A stretch of 64,000 nucleotides of DNA from Ophelia neglecta (Eukaryota): contig OZ260665.1 in NCBI GenBank assembly GCA_965285935.1, forward strand, positions 32,674,001-32,738,000, given 5' to 3'. A model generated the notes under the pieces. The model saw only the letters and a list, made by a program, of their open reading frames with translations. It ran no database searches and was not told the DNA's origin. How positions within the stretch are numbered: position 1 is the first letter of the stretch; every line of letters starts with the position of its first letter. Position numbers and translations under genes: made by a program. Below, piece by piece: positions 1-13,800 of this stretch.

Positions 1-2452
1 AAAATGTATAAATCCTGTAAACGGCGATTCCAAAACGTTATGAGAACACATCAAACGAAATTAGAAGACGATGTGTTCAGGGAGATTGAAGAGTCTGCGG
101 AAACTGATCAACGTAAACTGAATTCTCTGCTGAGACGTAGTCAGGCCAAAATCAGTCGTACTGTGAGAGAACTGAAAGTAAACAACACCGTTTACCGATC
201 TACAGGAGAAATGCTAAATGCATGGCATTCGCATTTCAAAACTCTATACACACCTTTGGAGGATGAGAGGTTTGACAATTCCCATAAAGACGCCATAGAA
301 GACGAGTTTGTAAAATTATTGTTTTCCTGTAAAGACAAGACAGATGAGATAATGGCCACGCCTATTCAGACAAACGAGGTATCGAGTGTGATCAGAGCTT
401 TGAAAAATAACAAAGCGCCAGGAGCTGATGGCCTAACAAATGAACATGTTAAGTATGGTGGTAGTACCGTAGTGAGGTATCTAACCTGCCTGTTTAATAT
501 GATGTACATGTCAACATATATTCCTGTGGAGCTGAAAGAAGGCCTAATTGTGACAATCTTCAAGGGTGTTAAAAAGTACGCGGATGACCGTAAAAATTAT
601 ATAGGAGTCTCCTTACTGTCCACAGTGTTTAAAATATTTGAGAGGGTAACTTTATCGAGATTCAAAGCTTGGGTAACCAAGACAAAATTAGAATTTCCAC
701 ATCCACTCCAGGCAGGTTATCGGGAAGGGATTTCCAGTCTTATGACAGCTTTTACTGTGCAGGAATGTGTCATTCACAATTTAGAGAGGGGGTCAAAAGT
801 ATACGTATGTTGCCTTGATGCTGCAACGGCATTTGATTCAATCTGGCACAGCGGGCTTTTTGAGAAGATGTTTCGAGCGGGTATAAACGGCAAATTCATG
901 TCTCTATTCGTGGAATGTTATAGAAACATTTACAACCGAGTGGTACTAAACGGGAGAAAATCAGAAAGGATTGCTGTGTTACAGTCCGTGCGACAAGGCT
1001 CCGTATGGGGGCCACACTTATTTAATTTGTTCTATGATGGTTTATTGTGGGAGCTCCAGAATTCTGGAGCAGGGGCGTGTGTGAACGAAATTTTCTGTGG
1101 TTGCCCTACGCAGGCAGATGACATTGTGCTAATTTCTTTATCTCCTATGGGCTTGCAGAAACGGATAAACGTATGCCAGGAATATTCGCGCAAATGGAGG
1201 TTTAACTTTAATCCTTTAAAATCAAGAATATTGATATTTGATCTAAAACATACACGCAAACTACCCGACTTCGAGTGGACCTTGGAGGGAACCACAATAC
1301 CTGTGGTCACCCAGGCGGTACATGTTGGCATTATAATGAACTCTAAATTTTCCTCCAAGAGTCGTACGACAGAGGCGTGCAACAAACTCAAAGGGAAATT
1401 ATTGGCCGTGTCCAGATTAGGGGCGGGGCCTCTCACCAATGTCAGTCTCCTTAAGTCAGTGGCGATGCCCAGTGCCCTATATGGCTGTGAATTATGGAAT
1501 TCCCTCAGACTAGGAGAATATGAAGAGGGCGTGGCGGTTCTGCGTGAAGAAGGCAGAGAACTTTCACTTCAGGACAAGAACAGATATAGCCCTCTCTGCC
1601 CTGGGTGTTAAAACAGCCAAGCTTGAAATTGAAGAACGAAAGCTTTTATTTTTCGGCAGACTTTGTTCACTAGATACGAAATATACAGCAAAGTATGTGT
1701 TTCTGCTTAGACTTTGTTCTGTGATGGCAAAAACGATCAAGAAAATGGCTTTCTAGGGTCATTAGTGGAAATAGCTGAAAAGTATGACCTGGATGGAGTA
1801 ATCAATTCTTACCTTAATAACGTGAAATTTCCAGATAAGAAGTCGTGGAAATCTCAAGTAAGGTCATCAATTCAGGAATACCATTTAAAAACTCTAGAAC
1901 GAATCAATTCTGATAAACAATTAGGAAGGTTGTGGGATGTGGAAGGACTAGGCGTTGCACCCATACCACTGTGGAAAGCACACCGTGCACAACCTCAATA
2001 CAGGAAAGTTATTATGAAATTGTCTAACATAATCCAGTGGCTCAGTAATGTTTTGGGAAACTGTCATTTCTGTGATAGCTTTGCCAGTGATATAGCAGTG
2101 CACCACGTCTTTCACTGTGAACACTATGATCCAAATCGAGAACAGTTTTGGGCTAAATTAGATGACTTTAATGTAAATTTAAGGGTCTGGTTTGCGAGGT
2201 GGCCAGAGGAGGTACAAATACAATACATCATTGGAGTTAAAGAACTGCCATTTGATATTGAATTGCAACAAAAGTAATAATTTTGTCAGCACAGAGCTTC
2301 TCACATGTGGCGATTCACTTAGCAAATTGCGATACATGTGGAACCTTACGGTTCCGGTTATTATAAATTTATAATCTATATGTATTCCTGTTCGTTCCTG
2401 TATGGTACTCTTCTTATTAGAAGGCAATAAATATATATATATATATATATAT
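1..2452 (+). mobile_element. Non-LTR retrotransposon 3' portion (RT ORF2, probably RTE-X-like), frameshifted
   Basis: ORF 4-1611 has KAPGADG, LQAGYREG, LDAATAFDSIWH, VRQGS, QADD, LYGCELW. Continues via frameshifts near 1520 and 1714 into a C-terminal CxxC..H..C motif. 3' stem-loop CTTCT-TATT-AGAAG (2410-2423), AATAAA (2426), (AT)n tail. The 5' end lies outside the window and the clade assignment is from recall. Confidence 0.88.
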
Positions 2453-2932
2453 TATTTTTTAAACACTCATTTATTTGTCAGATGGGATAGGCTGTAGGAA
2501 GCAAATTGTTTCTCTCAACAGCGTGACATTTATTCAATAGAGATATTCAGCCAGAAAAAGACAAAACTCGGGTATCTGTTTCCGAAAAAGCCCGAATGCA
2601 ATCATGTTTCGCGTGTAGATACAGAATGATTTAACCACAAATTTTAACTAGAACTACACAAAATCGTGTTATGTAAGATAACTTGAACAATTCTGTTTTC
2701 TCTTATTGTTACCATAACAATTTAAATGGATTTAAGTTACAACCGCGATTAAACAGCCTCGTTTTCAAATATATTTCTCAAGTTATTCGATACCTTTGAT
2801 AACTCTTCATTATATTCTCGACCATTCATGAACATTCATTGCCGTCTATGTTCTTGTCCAAAAAAAAGGTAAAGAGCACAAACGAATGAATAATCAGACT
2901 ACAAAGCTAGGTTTACGGCACAGTATCAACTA

Positions 2933-3402
2933 GTATATTATAATTATGATATCTGGCTTATTGTGTATGGTACTGATACTATTGTATTGCATAGGTATGG
3001 ATGAGGGGGTAGTGTGATTGGTCAATCCCCGCTTACGTGTCAAGACAATAACAAGCAATATTCCCTTACTGTATCGATTTTTCGCGTCAAGCGCAATAAC
3101 CAGCAATATTGCCTTATTCAAATGATTTGAAGATCATGACAACTGTACTGAAGGAATGAGGAGTTTTTCTGTCTCTGAAGTCAGACGACATTCACCGTGT
3201 TTGCGCTTAGCGGTTAATGTTACCCAAACTTGGGTGAGATTGAAATATAAATGGTTTTATCAAACATACCAGACAACCGTAATACAATAAATATTGGCTT
3301 GCTGATGAAGCAATAAGAGCTATAATGGCCTTCAGCAAAAAAAAAATCATTTGCTTCAAGCCTGCTTATTGCTTCCTCGGCAAACCAATGTTTGTATTAT
3401 AC
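2933..3402. mobile_element. Putative non-autonomous element with a long terminal hairpin (Crypton-like architecture, tentative)
   Basis: Imperfect inverted repeat 3280-3317 vs 3365-3399. Ends resemble GTATA(T)TA...TATTATAC. Internal diverged ~47-bp duplication (3041-3070 / 3088-3119). Confidence 0.35.
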
Positions 3403-4559
3403 TTGTTTAAATGTATATTTGCTATACGCTGCGTTTTCAGCTGTCCGTAAACCCGCTAATAAAATAGCAATATGAACCATTATTATGGGGATGCGGTAAA
3501 TCAGGGATTCAATTCAGAGAGTTTTTCACCTGCCAAGTGGTTCTAAATGGGGCTTGCTGATTAGGTTTTTTGAGTCTCTTTGACAGTAATTAGCGAATAG
3601 GCAATTTGTTTGTTTTGATTAGTAATTTTAGTTGTATAACTTATTACTCATATGATTAATTGGCTTAAACAAAGGATCTATAACCGGTATAATAATATAT
3701 TACATAATAGTTTACTTATATTAGCGGCTCATCTTGTGTAAAAACATGTTGTGGTTTTCATCTTAATTACGATCACATAATCGGATATATTTTGCACACG
3801 TTTTTGAAAACCTAAGTACAGTATGGCAATATCGCGACCTTTGAATAATCAACTCTAGAAAATAATCTGTTCGTTATACTGGTATTAGATGTTTATATGT
3901 GTAGCCGGGTAAATAGCTAGAACCTATAAAATAATCAGATTTTAAGTCAATATAAATCTCAATATGTTTCAAACAAAAAGGGGGAAATTAAACTTATGGT
4001 AATAACATAAGAGCAGTGTTGAGCATTCACAAAACAATAGAATATTAAATATGCTGTTTTATAAGGTGATTTAATGTTGATCTGCCATAGGGCTCTTTGG
4101 TATTTACATAAGAGTAGGCCACATGATGCTAAAACCAAATATCTATTCGTTGAAAAAGCGATGGAAGGACACAAACTAAAGAAACGTTATTAACCGGCAC
4201 ATGAATGTAAAGCATCTCTCGTGTATGAGCTTGTAAATAAAATCAATATCGAATTTTGACGGTTATATAAATGGAAACGCACACCTTCCTCTCTTTGACA
4301 GACCTAGGCCTATAGTATATTTTTCCCTCGAATAAAGCCAAAGCAATGCAACATTATTTAAGTCTTCCATATTATGCAGAATTCTTCTCTGAGATAAATG
4401 ACATTGTCGATCCTGGGCAGGCGCCCCTAGTGCCTAATCAGGATATTGGTCACTGCTTATCGATCAGCCTCAACGACAAATTCCCATTGTTTCTATTTGA
4501 ACAACGTTTCTCATTTTTCTTAGAGAGGATATGGTCTGGACGGAACTGCCAATGTGGGA

Positions 4560-4760
4560 CTCAAGGGCTTTATCTCTAGTCGGCAAGGGTCTTTTTATGT
4601 ACCCTGGGAGTGATTTCATAAACTGCGACAAGGTGGGTTTAACGTGGAAATACGTTATCAGCTAATCCTAAGAAGGATTGTCATGTGTGGCCGCTGGGCT
4701 CCTTGGTACAAGATCCTGGTTATTCAAGCCGCATATAGGAGGATCACCGCTTCCACGCCA
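4560..4760 (-). mobile_element. Possible degraded SINE body (Meta-domain-like)
   Basis: Minus strand has CACGTTAAACC...GTACATAAAAAGACCCTTGCCGACTA, resembling from memory the conserved central domain of invertebrate MetaSINEs. No clear A/B boxes. Confidence 0.2.
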
Positions 4761-5064
4761 ACACACCCTCCCCTCCCTACCCCTCCCCATCCCGGAGGTT
4801 ATTGAGAACTAAACTCGCGGAGTCACACTTGGTTCATAGTTGGTAGGTAACTCTTCCTTCTAATTACTTTTATCAAATCTGTAGTGGGTTATCTTGAATA
4901 ATTTCAAATTGAAGAAAGCCTGATCACTTTAATAGATGGTACCCTTTCCTCTTCCGCTTCCCAGTGGGTTTGACCGAGATTAGAAAGGAGTTGAGGAGAG
5001 AAAGCTGCAGTAGTATGTCACACACAATTGGGTCTCTTGGGCTAATAATAAAGTTTGAGCCAAA

Positions 5065-5852
5065 GCCAAAAGCCTGTTAATTTCAGTAGATCAACTAAAG
5101 GCCAAACCTCAGCCTGTAGATTTCAGTAGATCGTCTAAAGGCCATATCTCAGCCTGTAGATTTCAGTAGATCGTCTAAAGGCCATATCTCAGCCTGTAGA
5201 TTTCAGTAGATCGTCTAAAGGCCAAACCTCAGCCTGTAGATTTCAGTAGATCGTCTAAAGGCCAAACCTCAGCCTGTAGATTTCAGTAGATCGTCTAAAG
5301 GCCAAACCTCTGCCTGTAGATTTCAGTAGATCGTCTAAAGGCCATACCTCAGCCTGTAGATTTCAGTAGATCATCTAAAGGCCAAACCTCAGCCTGTAGA
5401 TTTCAGTAGAACGTCTAAAGGCCATAACTCAGCCTGTAGATTTCAGTAGATCGTCTAAAGGCCATACCTCTGCCTGTAGATTTCAGTAGATCGTCTAAAG
5501 GCCAAACCTCAGCCTGTAGATTTCAGTAGATCGTCTAAAGGCCAAACCTCAGCCTGTAGATTTCAGTAGATCGTCTAAAGGCCAAACCTCAGCATGTAGA
5601 TTTCAGTAGATCGTCTAAGGGCCAAACCTCTGCCTGTAGATTTCAGTAGATCGTCTAAAGGCCATACCTCAGCCTGTAGATTTCAGTAGATCGTCTAAAG
5701 TCCATACCTCAGCCTGTAGATTTCAGTAGATCGTCTAAAGGCCAAACCTCAGCCTGTAGATTTCAGTAGATCGTCTAAAGGCCATACCTCAGCCTGTAGA
5801 TTTCAGTAGATCATCTTAAGGCCAAACCTCAGCCTGTGGATTTCAGTAGATA
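5065..5852. repeat. 40-bp minisatellite, ~20 copies
   Basis: Unit GCCAAACCTCAGCCTGTAGATTTCAGTAGATCGTCTAAAG repeats at exact 40-bp phase from 5101 to 5821, with a degenerate first unit. No spacers. Confidence 0.98.
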
Positions 5853-5853
5853 A

Positions 5854-7570
5854 TCAAATAGTTGATAAGCCTTTAGCCATGTATGGATCAATGCAAATTT
5901 CTATGTTCATTTTTAAATAGAGATCTATGATATCTTTATTAATAGGAGTAAGGCTGGTATCGTCAGCAAACAATATTTTTTTGGTGCCTTCAGACGAGCT
6001 GCAGATGTCATTGACGTAGATTAGAAATAGTAGTGGTCCAATGATTATTCCCTGGGGTACACCACTTTTGATGGGCAGTAATTGAGAAGAGGAATCGTTA
6101 AAGGACACGAATTGTTTGCGAAAAGACAGGTAGCTTTTTATTAAGTAATAACAGTTTTCTCTGATGCCATAATAGTCAAGTTTATACAGTAATATCGAAT
6201 GGTCAATGGTATCAATGGCTTTGGATAGATCGAGGAAAATAGTCGATAGATAAGATTTGTCATCAAGACCTTTAGAGATTAGGTCTAATAATCCCAAAGC
6301 AGCCTGCCCTATAGAGTTGTTCGGCCTAAAGCCATATTGTGATTTCTGAATGAGCTTTTGATGAAGGAGATATTCATGTGTTCTATCAAATATAAGCCTC
6401 TCAAATAGTTTTGAGAAAGCAGGTATTAATGATATCGGCCTATACTTAGACACACTGGAGGGGTCTCCATCTTTAAATATCGGAAGAACTCGGGCAACTT
6501 TCGGGTCTCCATCTTTAAATATCGAAAGAACTGGGGAATTTTCGCAGAATTCGGGAATACTCCACAATGAATCATGAAATTAAAGATTGACATCAACACA
6601 CTAGCGATAGGGTGAATGGTTTGTTTCAAAAGTCTCAAAACAAACGCTAGTCTTTGGCTTCGTGCGCCCGACTATGCGAAGGATTTCAGGCACGGTCGTT
6701 CGAGACATAAAAAAGACTGTTCACAGATGGTTTGGTTAAATAGTATTTAAAATCAGATGTATTTGAAACCTGCTCTGCTAGGCTTACGCCAATGTTGGAG
6801 AAAAAACAATTGAAGTTACGAGCAATTTCGGCAGGATTTGTTATTTTGTTATCGTCCCTATATCGACAAAAATATCTTGCATACTTTTTCGTTTACCCCT
6901 GTTCAAACAAACTTAATGTTTTCCCATGTAAGATTGATTTCATTCTTGGCACACCTCAGTAAGAGGCCTGTATATGACATGTTTAGGAGGTACGGCTATC
7001 TCGGGTAATTGGTCACACAATAGCACAAAGTTAGGGCAGTGATCAGAGATGTTGGTGACAATTGTTCCATGCGATCGATTAAAGTGGCAGAGGAGCGAGT
7101 TACTCGGGTGGGCAATGTAATAAGTGGGATATAACTGCGAGACCCAAAGATGCCAAGTTATTTGAGGTTTCACACTGTGATGCAGTATTTAACAGATCTA
7201 TATTATAGTATCTCCACATTTCATACAGTTTTCCCCCTCTACCTCTATGAAATTTAATCTGTTTTCAAGAACGTTGGTTAAATCTAGACACTGTTTCTGC
7301 TGGGAGATTGGTAGACGGTACCGATAATAGTGTTTTTAGTATTTTCTTTCGATGTGATTTCAATAAAGAAACCATCAAAATAAATGTCGGGGTCGGCAGT
7401 GAGATAAAGATCATCCCTAACTTTATATTGAAAATCGTTTCTGACTTGGCAGCACAATCCCCCACCTTATTTTGTTGCTGGCCTGTTTTATAAATCAAAG
7501 AATACCCTGGGATTTGGACGAGCGTCTCTAAGTTTCAATTAAGCCGGGTTTCCGTAATTTTCAGGACATC
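5854..7570 (-). mobile_element. Degraded CR1-group LINE ORF2 fragment (APE endonuclease remnant plus RT)
   Basis: KYRPISLIPAFSKLFERL, QYGFRP, FLDLSKAIDTIDH, GVPQG, FADDT in 5854-6640. ISDHCP and ITET..IPGY endonuclease remnants at 7000-7570. Many frameshifts and deletions; the 3' part is truncated at the minisatellite. Confidence 0.9.
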
Positions 7571-7689
7571 GGGTAGGGGGTTAGGGGGAGGGCGTATTCT
7601 ATACCTTGTCACTGCTTCGTACTAATAGGGGTGCAGGTGTAGGGGGGTGGGGTGGGGGAAAGTGCCCTTAGTTACTATTTGTGCTATAG

Positions 7690-10600
7690 GCTCTGTGTGT
7701 TTGGTGTGAATATTTTTAGCCTGTGCGGATCCAATATTAACACAAAAATCATTGAATCCATTTGAAATGACTGATTTATCGGATGCAAATTGGGTGCGAT
7801 GGTCCTTCAATATGTGATACGTGATAAATGGTTTGTACATGTACAAACGGTGTCATATGTACAATAATATACTTTAATCTCTTTTGTTTTATGTCATGTG
7901 TGATGAATTGTACCTAGTGACGTATTTCTGTTGTTCATTTGTAACTGTGCTACTAAGGAGGAATAAAGAAATCAAATCAAATCGGAAACAGATTTGCCAT
8001 TAATTAAGAACTTATCTGACATACCAGAGGTTGTATTCTTATTGATAACTTCCTCTATGACAAGCCAGGGACTCATTTTAAATCTTGATTGAAACTTTAA
8101 GACCTTCAGTCAACCATGGCTTGCGATTGCGATAAGAGTTATTGTCCGAAGCGGGAAACAAGCATTATTACACACATAGAGAGTACCGATTGACTATCAT
8201 ATAAGGAGATAACAATAAATCCCAGAAAGTAGATCTTTTTACAGCATGTGTCTATATTAGTTTGGCTGTACACCCGCCTTAAAACATGAAGGTTTATCAA
8301 GAAAATTTCCCCACATATCAAGATGGAAGATGGGGAAGTGATCAGTAAATCCCGTGTATAAAATACCCTGAAAATATCATTAGTCCCTCGATGGAATTTG
8401 TTACAAAAATAATGGCAGTTTGTAACTTTACCCTAGTTGGCTTATTGATGAGCGGCAAGAACCAATGAGAATACAATGTTCCATGCCATTGTCTCCAAAA
8501 ACTCAGATGATGGAATATGTTTATCATCGCTAAGCAAGTTAATATTAAAGTCACCTGTCAAATATGCAATCTTATTTTCCTTTCGGATTTTATCGAATTA
8601 AGTCATGAGCATGGTTGTTAAACAAATTTACATCACAGCCCCAATAACATTTCTATCTTGAAAAAATAAATCTTTCTGAGCCTCAACAAATATACTCTCA
8701 ATATTCGCAGTATAGGAATTCAGATCTACACTAGCGTTATCTACAACTGACTCGCATAAGTACAACGACACAACACCACTAGCCTTACTGTCTACACATA
8801 AACTCACGAGTATAACCCTCAATGTTGCAACAATCTGCATTCATTCTTTTAACCCAGATTATGATAATCTAATCATGCAAAATTCAAATTCTAGATTGTC
8901 CAAGTACACCATAAACTTATCAAGATTCTTAGGGATACTGCGTATATTAAGGTGAATCATAGAGAACAATCATGATCAAGCTGCAGCAGTGAGAGGTGTT
9001 TGTTGAATGAATCCTCTAAATAATAAACACTGATGCAGAACTTTTGATTGTTGTTAAAATAGTGAACATTGGGTCTGCGTCAAAAAGTGGGGAAAAAATC
9101 AATCAAGTTCATTTATATCAATAGGATTGAAACATGTGTCTTCCGATTCCTTCAGGGACAGAGGAGAGTTGATAAAAAAATATTCCAAAATGGCGGCATT
9201 AGCCTAAACTCGGTTTAGTCAGATATGTGGTCAAAGGAGAAACATGATTCAGAGCAACAAATACAAATCCATTTCTGATTACAATGTATTTCCTTTTGAA
9301 AACGATACTATCAGTCTTAGAAACTAAATGTGAACACTGTGTATGATAATAGCAACTGCATATATAACATATGATATGACACGAGTGAGTCAATACACGT
9401 CTCTCACAAACATTAAATTCTCTCACAATCAGTCAATATATAATCAGGTGAAATAATTACATACCTCCATCACTTCGCTGCTGGATCTCATACAAGTGTG
9501 AAGAAAACGTGTAGAGAAGGGTAGGATACCTAATCAGAATAACCACAAACAATGTGATCCACGGTGGCATGGCAGTGTAGCGGACCAAAACATAGGCCTA
9601 TATATAGCGTAAAGTTTATGACAGTGTGTCCAAAATGTCCATGATGTGACTTGCCACTAATTAATAACAGCAGTAAACCGAAACAGGCAGGGCAAATTAT
9701 ATGGTTAGTGGTACCGCACTGTAACAATGCAACACTTATGTACAACATTCTCAAACAAAGCCAAATATAAACAAAAGCATGCTCTACTTACCTATTACTG
9801 GACACCTATGTTCACGTATTGACAAAACAGGTCACTAAGAGGTCAATATTCGAGGCCAAGGTCACACACACATGTATATAAGCGGCACAGGTATACAATT
9901 TGCTTTGTGTGTTGGAATAAACCATGAAACTGTATAAAATATTGCATGGATCACATACCTAGTGAATATACATAGTAATAGTATTTTTTAGCGAAGCTAA
10001 TACACTTTCATAGAGTAGCTTTAAAGCCAAGGGTAAGCCTGGTATTAACATAATTTAGAAAAAGTCTAGGTAATATAACCAGTTTATTAAACATTGCTGT
10101 AAGATGTCGGTGTTGTAGATTACAGGGTTTCACACGCGTTAGTTAGACGTACGATGAGGGGACGACCTGGGTCTTTTTTCTCTTAACATAAACCTTGCCA
10201 TTGTTGTCCCAAGCATCCTCGATGGCGGAATTCGGGTTGTCAGTTCTTGTCTGCCGCAGTTCTTTCAAGAGATTAAGATTTTTCCTAGTGATGTCCTCAA
10301 ATATAAGAATGCGAGGCTCCGGGTCCTTCAAAAACTTAGAACTGTCCTTCAGAACATATAGTTTGGTAGCAATTTTAATAAACTTACAAAGGACAACCGG
10401 ACGGGTATTTCGATTTCTCTCTGAGGGAATGCGGGGAAGTGGGCGACATCTGTGTCCTCCTCACAGATTTTGAGCTTCATCGTGTCGTTGAACAGAGCTA
10501 TACACCCAATCCAGAGCTGGACACAGGATCGGTCTGTTTTTATAGAAAGTCCATGTATTTTTACGGATTCTAACCGCCCTCAAAATCATGGAGGTCTGAT

Positions 10601-10810
10601 TGGGTTTCCACTAGCTTTGCCTCGAGATTAGTTGTCCGTTCGGATGGCGATGAAACAAACTGCTTCAAAGAAGTGTTATCATCAGAAGCCCTTTCGTCCC
10701 AAGTTGACACTCAGGTTTCCAACATAGTCATTTTGTCCTGTATTAAAGTTGATATAGCTTGTTGATAGGAGTCCAAGGCTGCTTTTACCGTTCTCAACAT
10801 TAGCGTCCAT
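7690..10810 (-). mobile_element. Second degraded CR1-group LINE (ORF1 remnant, PHD-like Cys/His motif, APE endonuclease, pre-RT linker)
   Basis: ORF1-like RPVVLCKF..IFEDITRKN..AWDNNGKVYVK (10143-10470). CxxC..CYICSCYYHTQC (9200-9420). SMIHLNIRSIPKNLD (~8920-8965), LINKPTRV, KPWLT, ISNGFNDFCVNIGS (~7720-7780). Confidence 0.8.
7784..7980 (+). mobile_element. Short 5'-truncated LINE 3'-UTR insertion with 6-bp TSD
   Basis: Ends AATAAAG(AAATC)n. Flanked by ATCGGA at 7778-7783 and 7981-7986. Removing it rejoins the CR1 reading NGKSVS-DKSVISNGFN. Confidence 0.75.
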
Positions 10811-13800
10811 TTCTGCCTTGTCGAGGAATAGCTTATGAACACGTCGTAGAACATAATATATATACAGAGGACAAAATGGCAGTAAACTTACCCTTTACTT
10901 AAGCTTTATTTGAGTACCTAATGCCAATAAATAAACCACAACAATTTAGTGTGCCCGAGGGTCCCCTTTGCAGAAAACAATGGACCAAAATTACAACAGC
11001 GCTGATTCATATGAAACTTGTTTAGCATAGCTACGTTTCATTAAATTTGATAAATTTCAATTCAAAATATTATAAACATACTCATATGTATAGTTTTACA
11101 CCAGATTTTTACATCTATATAAACTGTAACTTATTATATTGAGGAGAACATTAGATAAATACTTGGCCCCATTTATCAGTATTCAAAACGGTGGTAAGAC
11201 AACAGATTGAAGGGATTAAATATACTCACACTGAGAGAAATTTTTGCTTAATTAAATCTTATCCTTATTTACAATGCCTCCATATTCCTATGTATACAAA
11301 TGTATGTTTACATTTCATAATAGTCTACTTACGCCTTCATTTTGTTCCAATTATTGATGTCCATGGTTACTTTACAAAACAAGCCAGTAAATTGCATGTA
11401 CCTCTGTATCAACCCAATATTCCCAAGACTGTGTGGTACCAAGAAGTTGCCTTGTTTATTTCATTTTGTGACATAATAAGCATCAGCTATTGTCTCTCTA
11501 TGCATACAAAGCTGACTAAAACCACCCTTCTTGCTGCAAATTGGTACCAGACTAATAGTAGACTTTTTAAAAACAAAAGGATGTCGTGATCTAGCTTCAC
11601 TTATACCATAATTGCTCTTGTAGCCTATTCTGTGGCTGTTGCAATGTAATCAATGGAACAATTTTTACCGAGAATGTAAGGGTGAACAGTTCAGGATATG
11701 GTAGGGAAATGTTTCATTGCGATTAAAATAGCTTTCTTACAATTAATAAATAACACGTGAGGCCTTCAGTGATTGAGAGAGTGGAGCATGTTGACAATTT
11801 GACCTCAAGATATATACATAGGGCTTGATTTCAAACAATAACCTGTCTCTTAACTAAGAATGTTTCTAGAGTTGCGTCCTCGTACATAACTCTAACAATT
11901 TTATTTCCAATAAGAACACAAATGTCCTCTAGCCCCTCCCCCCCATGCCATGTTGCCTTATTTGGCTATCAACTAAGATTACTTTTCGCGGTCAAATTTT
12001 TAGCACACATTTCACTGAAAGATGAAATTTCAAAATAGATCAAATGGTCTGCATTTTCTAAAGATTATTTATTGATACAATATCCTGTATAGGCCTATTA
12101 TAACGATATTCATGAAATAATTCGTTTCAACTGGTTAAATGTTCCGTTTTCAGGCTAGTTATAGCCTTTACATTTGATCGCAATATATGCAACAACAAGG
12201 AAAATGAACACTTGTATTATCCAATAAATCCAAAAACTATATCGACAACAAATTTATACATAATCTAACATTTAATCTTTTCCATGCCCTATCGATCCGC
12301 ACTTCAAATAACGGTTGATAGTTTGTTATTGAGTCGTACTTGCAATATTAGAAAAAATGCCCACGAGGAGTTGAAAAAAATAATCGTTCTGACCTTAACC
12401 TTCTCGTTTAACCTCCCTCTTTACTGGAGATATTAGAGGCTGTATACTAATAGAATTGCAAAGTTTTATTATGTTTAAATCTATATCCTACTGATCTGAT
12501 ATGACATGAAATATAATATGGACTGATAGACCTGTTTGTCCAGCTCGGTCTGGCTAATCTTGACAAACAAGGCTAAATCATGACATATGCTTTGTTATGT
12601 ATTTTTAAAATCTCATTTGTAATTCGAGTATTTTATAGCCCCATTATTAACCCAGGTTAATATGCAGGAGCGTTTAGAGGGCGGCAACTTCACAATGGCC
12701 TCTGGAGATTTATGGAGCAGTGAGGTTGCAAAATGCTCATAATTATCAACGATTTACAAATACCCTTTGGGTCCTGAAATCTGCCAGGCCTGCAGTATGT
12801 GTTTATTACATCTCTCTTCGGATCAATGAAATAATTTTTTATATTATAGCAAATACTACATGGCCTTCAGGGAAAGATTTGCAATTATTTATTAACCCCG
12901 AGGGTAAAGTTTCCAACTGGTATAATCTCGCGAGCTTAGGTCGATAGATCTTAGCAGCAGAAGAATACAACCATGGGGCTCATAATTCAAAATGATTCCC
13001 AAACAAAAGCCTATCGGCAGACACAATTTACTTAATTATATAATACCACACTAGCAGGGATACCCGTGAAACAGTGACCTCTAGAAAATTGTATAGATTT
13101 AGTACTATATTAATAAGTATATGACCATCATGCATAGTAAATCACCACCCTTGAAGCAAATTTCAACTGTGGTTTATATATGTCTATTGATGTACAAGTT
13201 TGGAGATAATGAGCAGTCCTGCCATGTAATCTAAAATTGACTCCCTCTTTTCTCCTATTCTTTCCCCAAGCTAACACCCTCCCTTATCCCCCACCCCGTT
13301 CCGTCGCGCTCACTTCCGCTCTACTTAAACCCTAATCTATTATGAGCCCTTGCGCCTTATCCCACTCCATCCCAACATCCATTTTCCACCATATATATGC
13401 GCCCCATTCTTTCCGTTTAGCATAACTAACTGCCTATTCTTCTAAACACTCCATGCACTATCTAACCTCAGCCAAAACTCCGACCAGTCTTCGCGAGTAC
13501 GTCTCCTTTCCTTCTCCCCCATAACCCCCCTCCCCCACCCCTTTCCTCCCTCTGTCTGAGCCTGTCATCCCAAGTTCCTTCTAGTTTACCCTCCATAAAT
13601 TTATTCTTGTCGCTGAGTACGCCAGGCGATTGATGTACTTTGCCAGTCAAAATTTTGGCAGCCATAGTCTTACGGAAAATATAATCTCTCAAATATTAGT
13701 CTCGCAAAGACTAGCTAAAGTCAAATATATAAATCTCTGGAGATACTTTTGTAATTGTAAATGAAATTTAATTACATGTGATTTTGGCAAGTCAGGTCTT

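Noticed and set aside
5065-5852. CRISPR array
   Set aside because: Units are contiguous with no unique spacers, there are no cas genes, and the context is eukaryotic. It is a minisatellite.
13240-13590. Coding or regulatory role for the C/T-rich tract
   Set aside because: Low-complexity sequence with no supportable structure beyond purine/pyrimidine skew.
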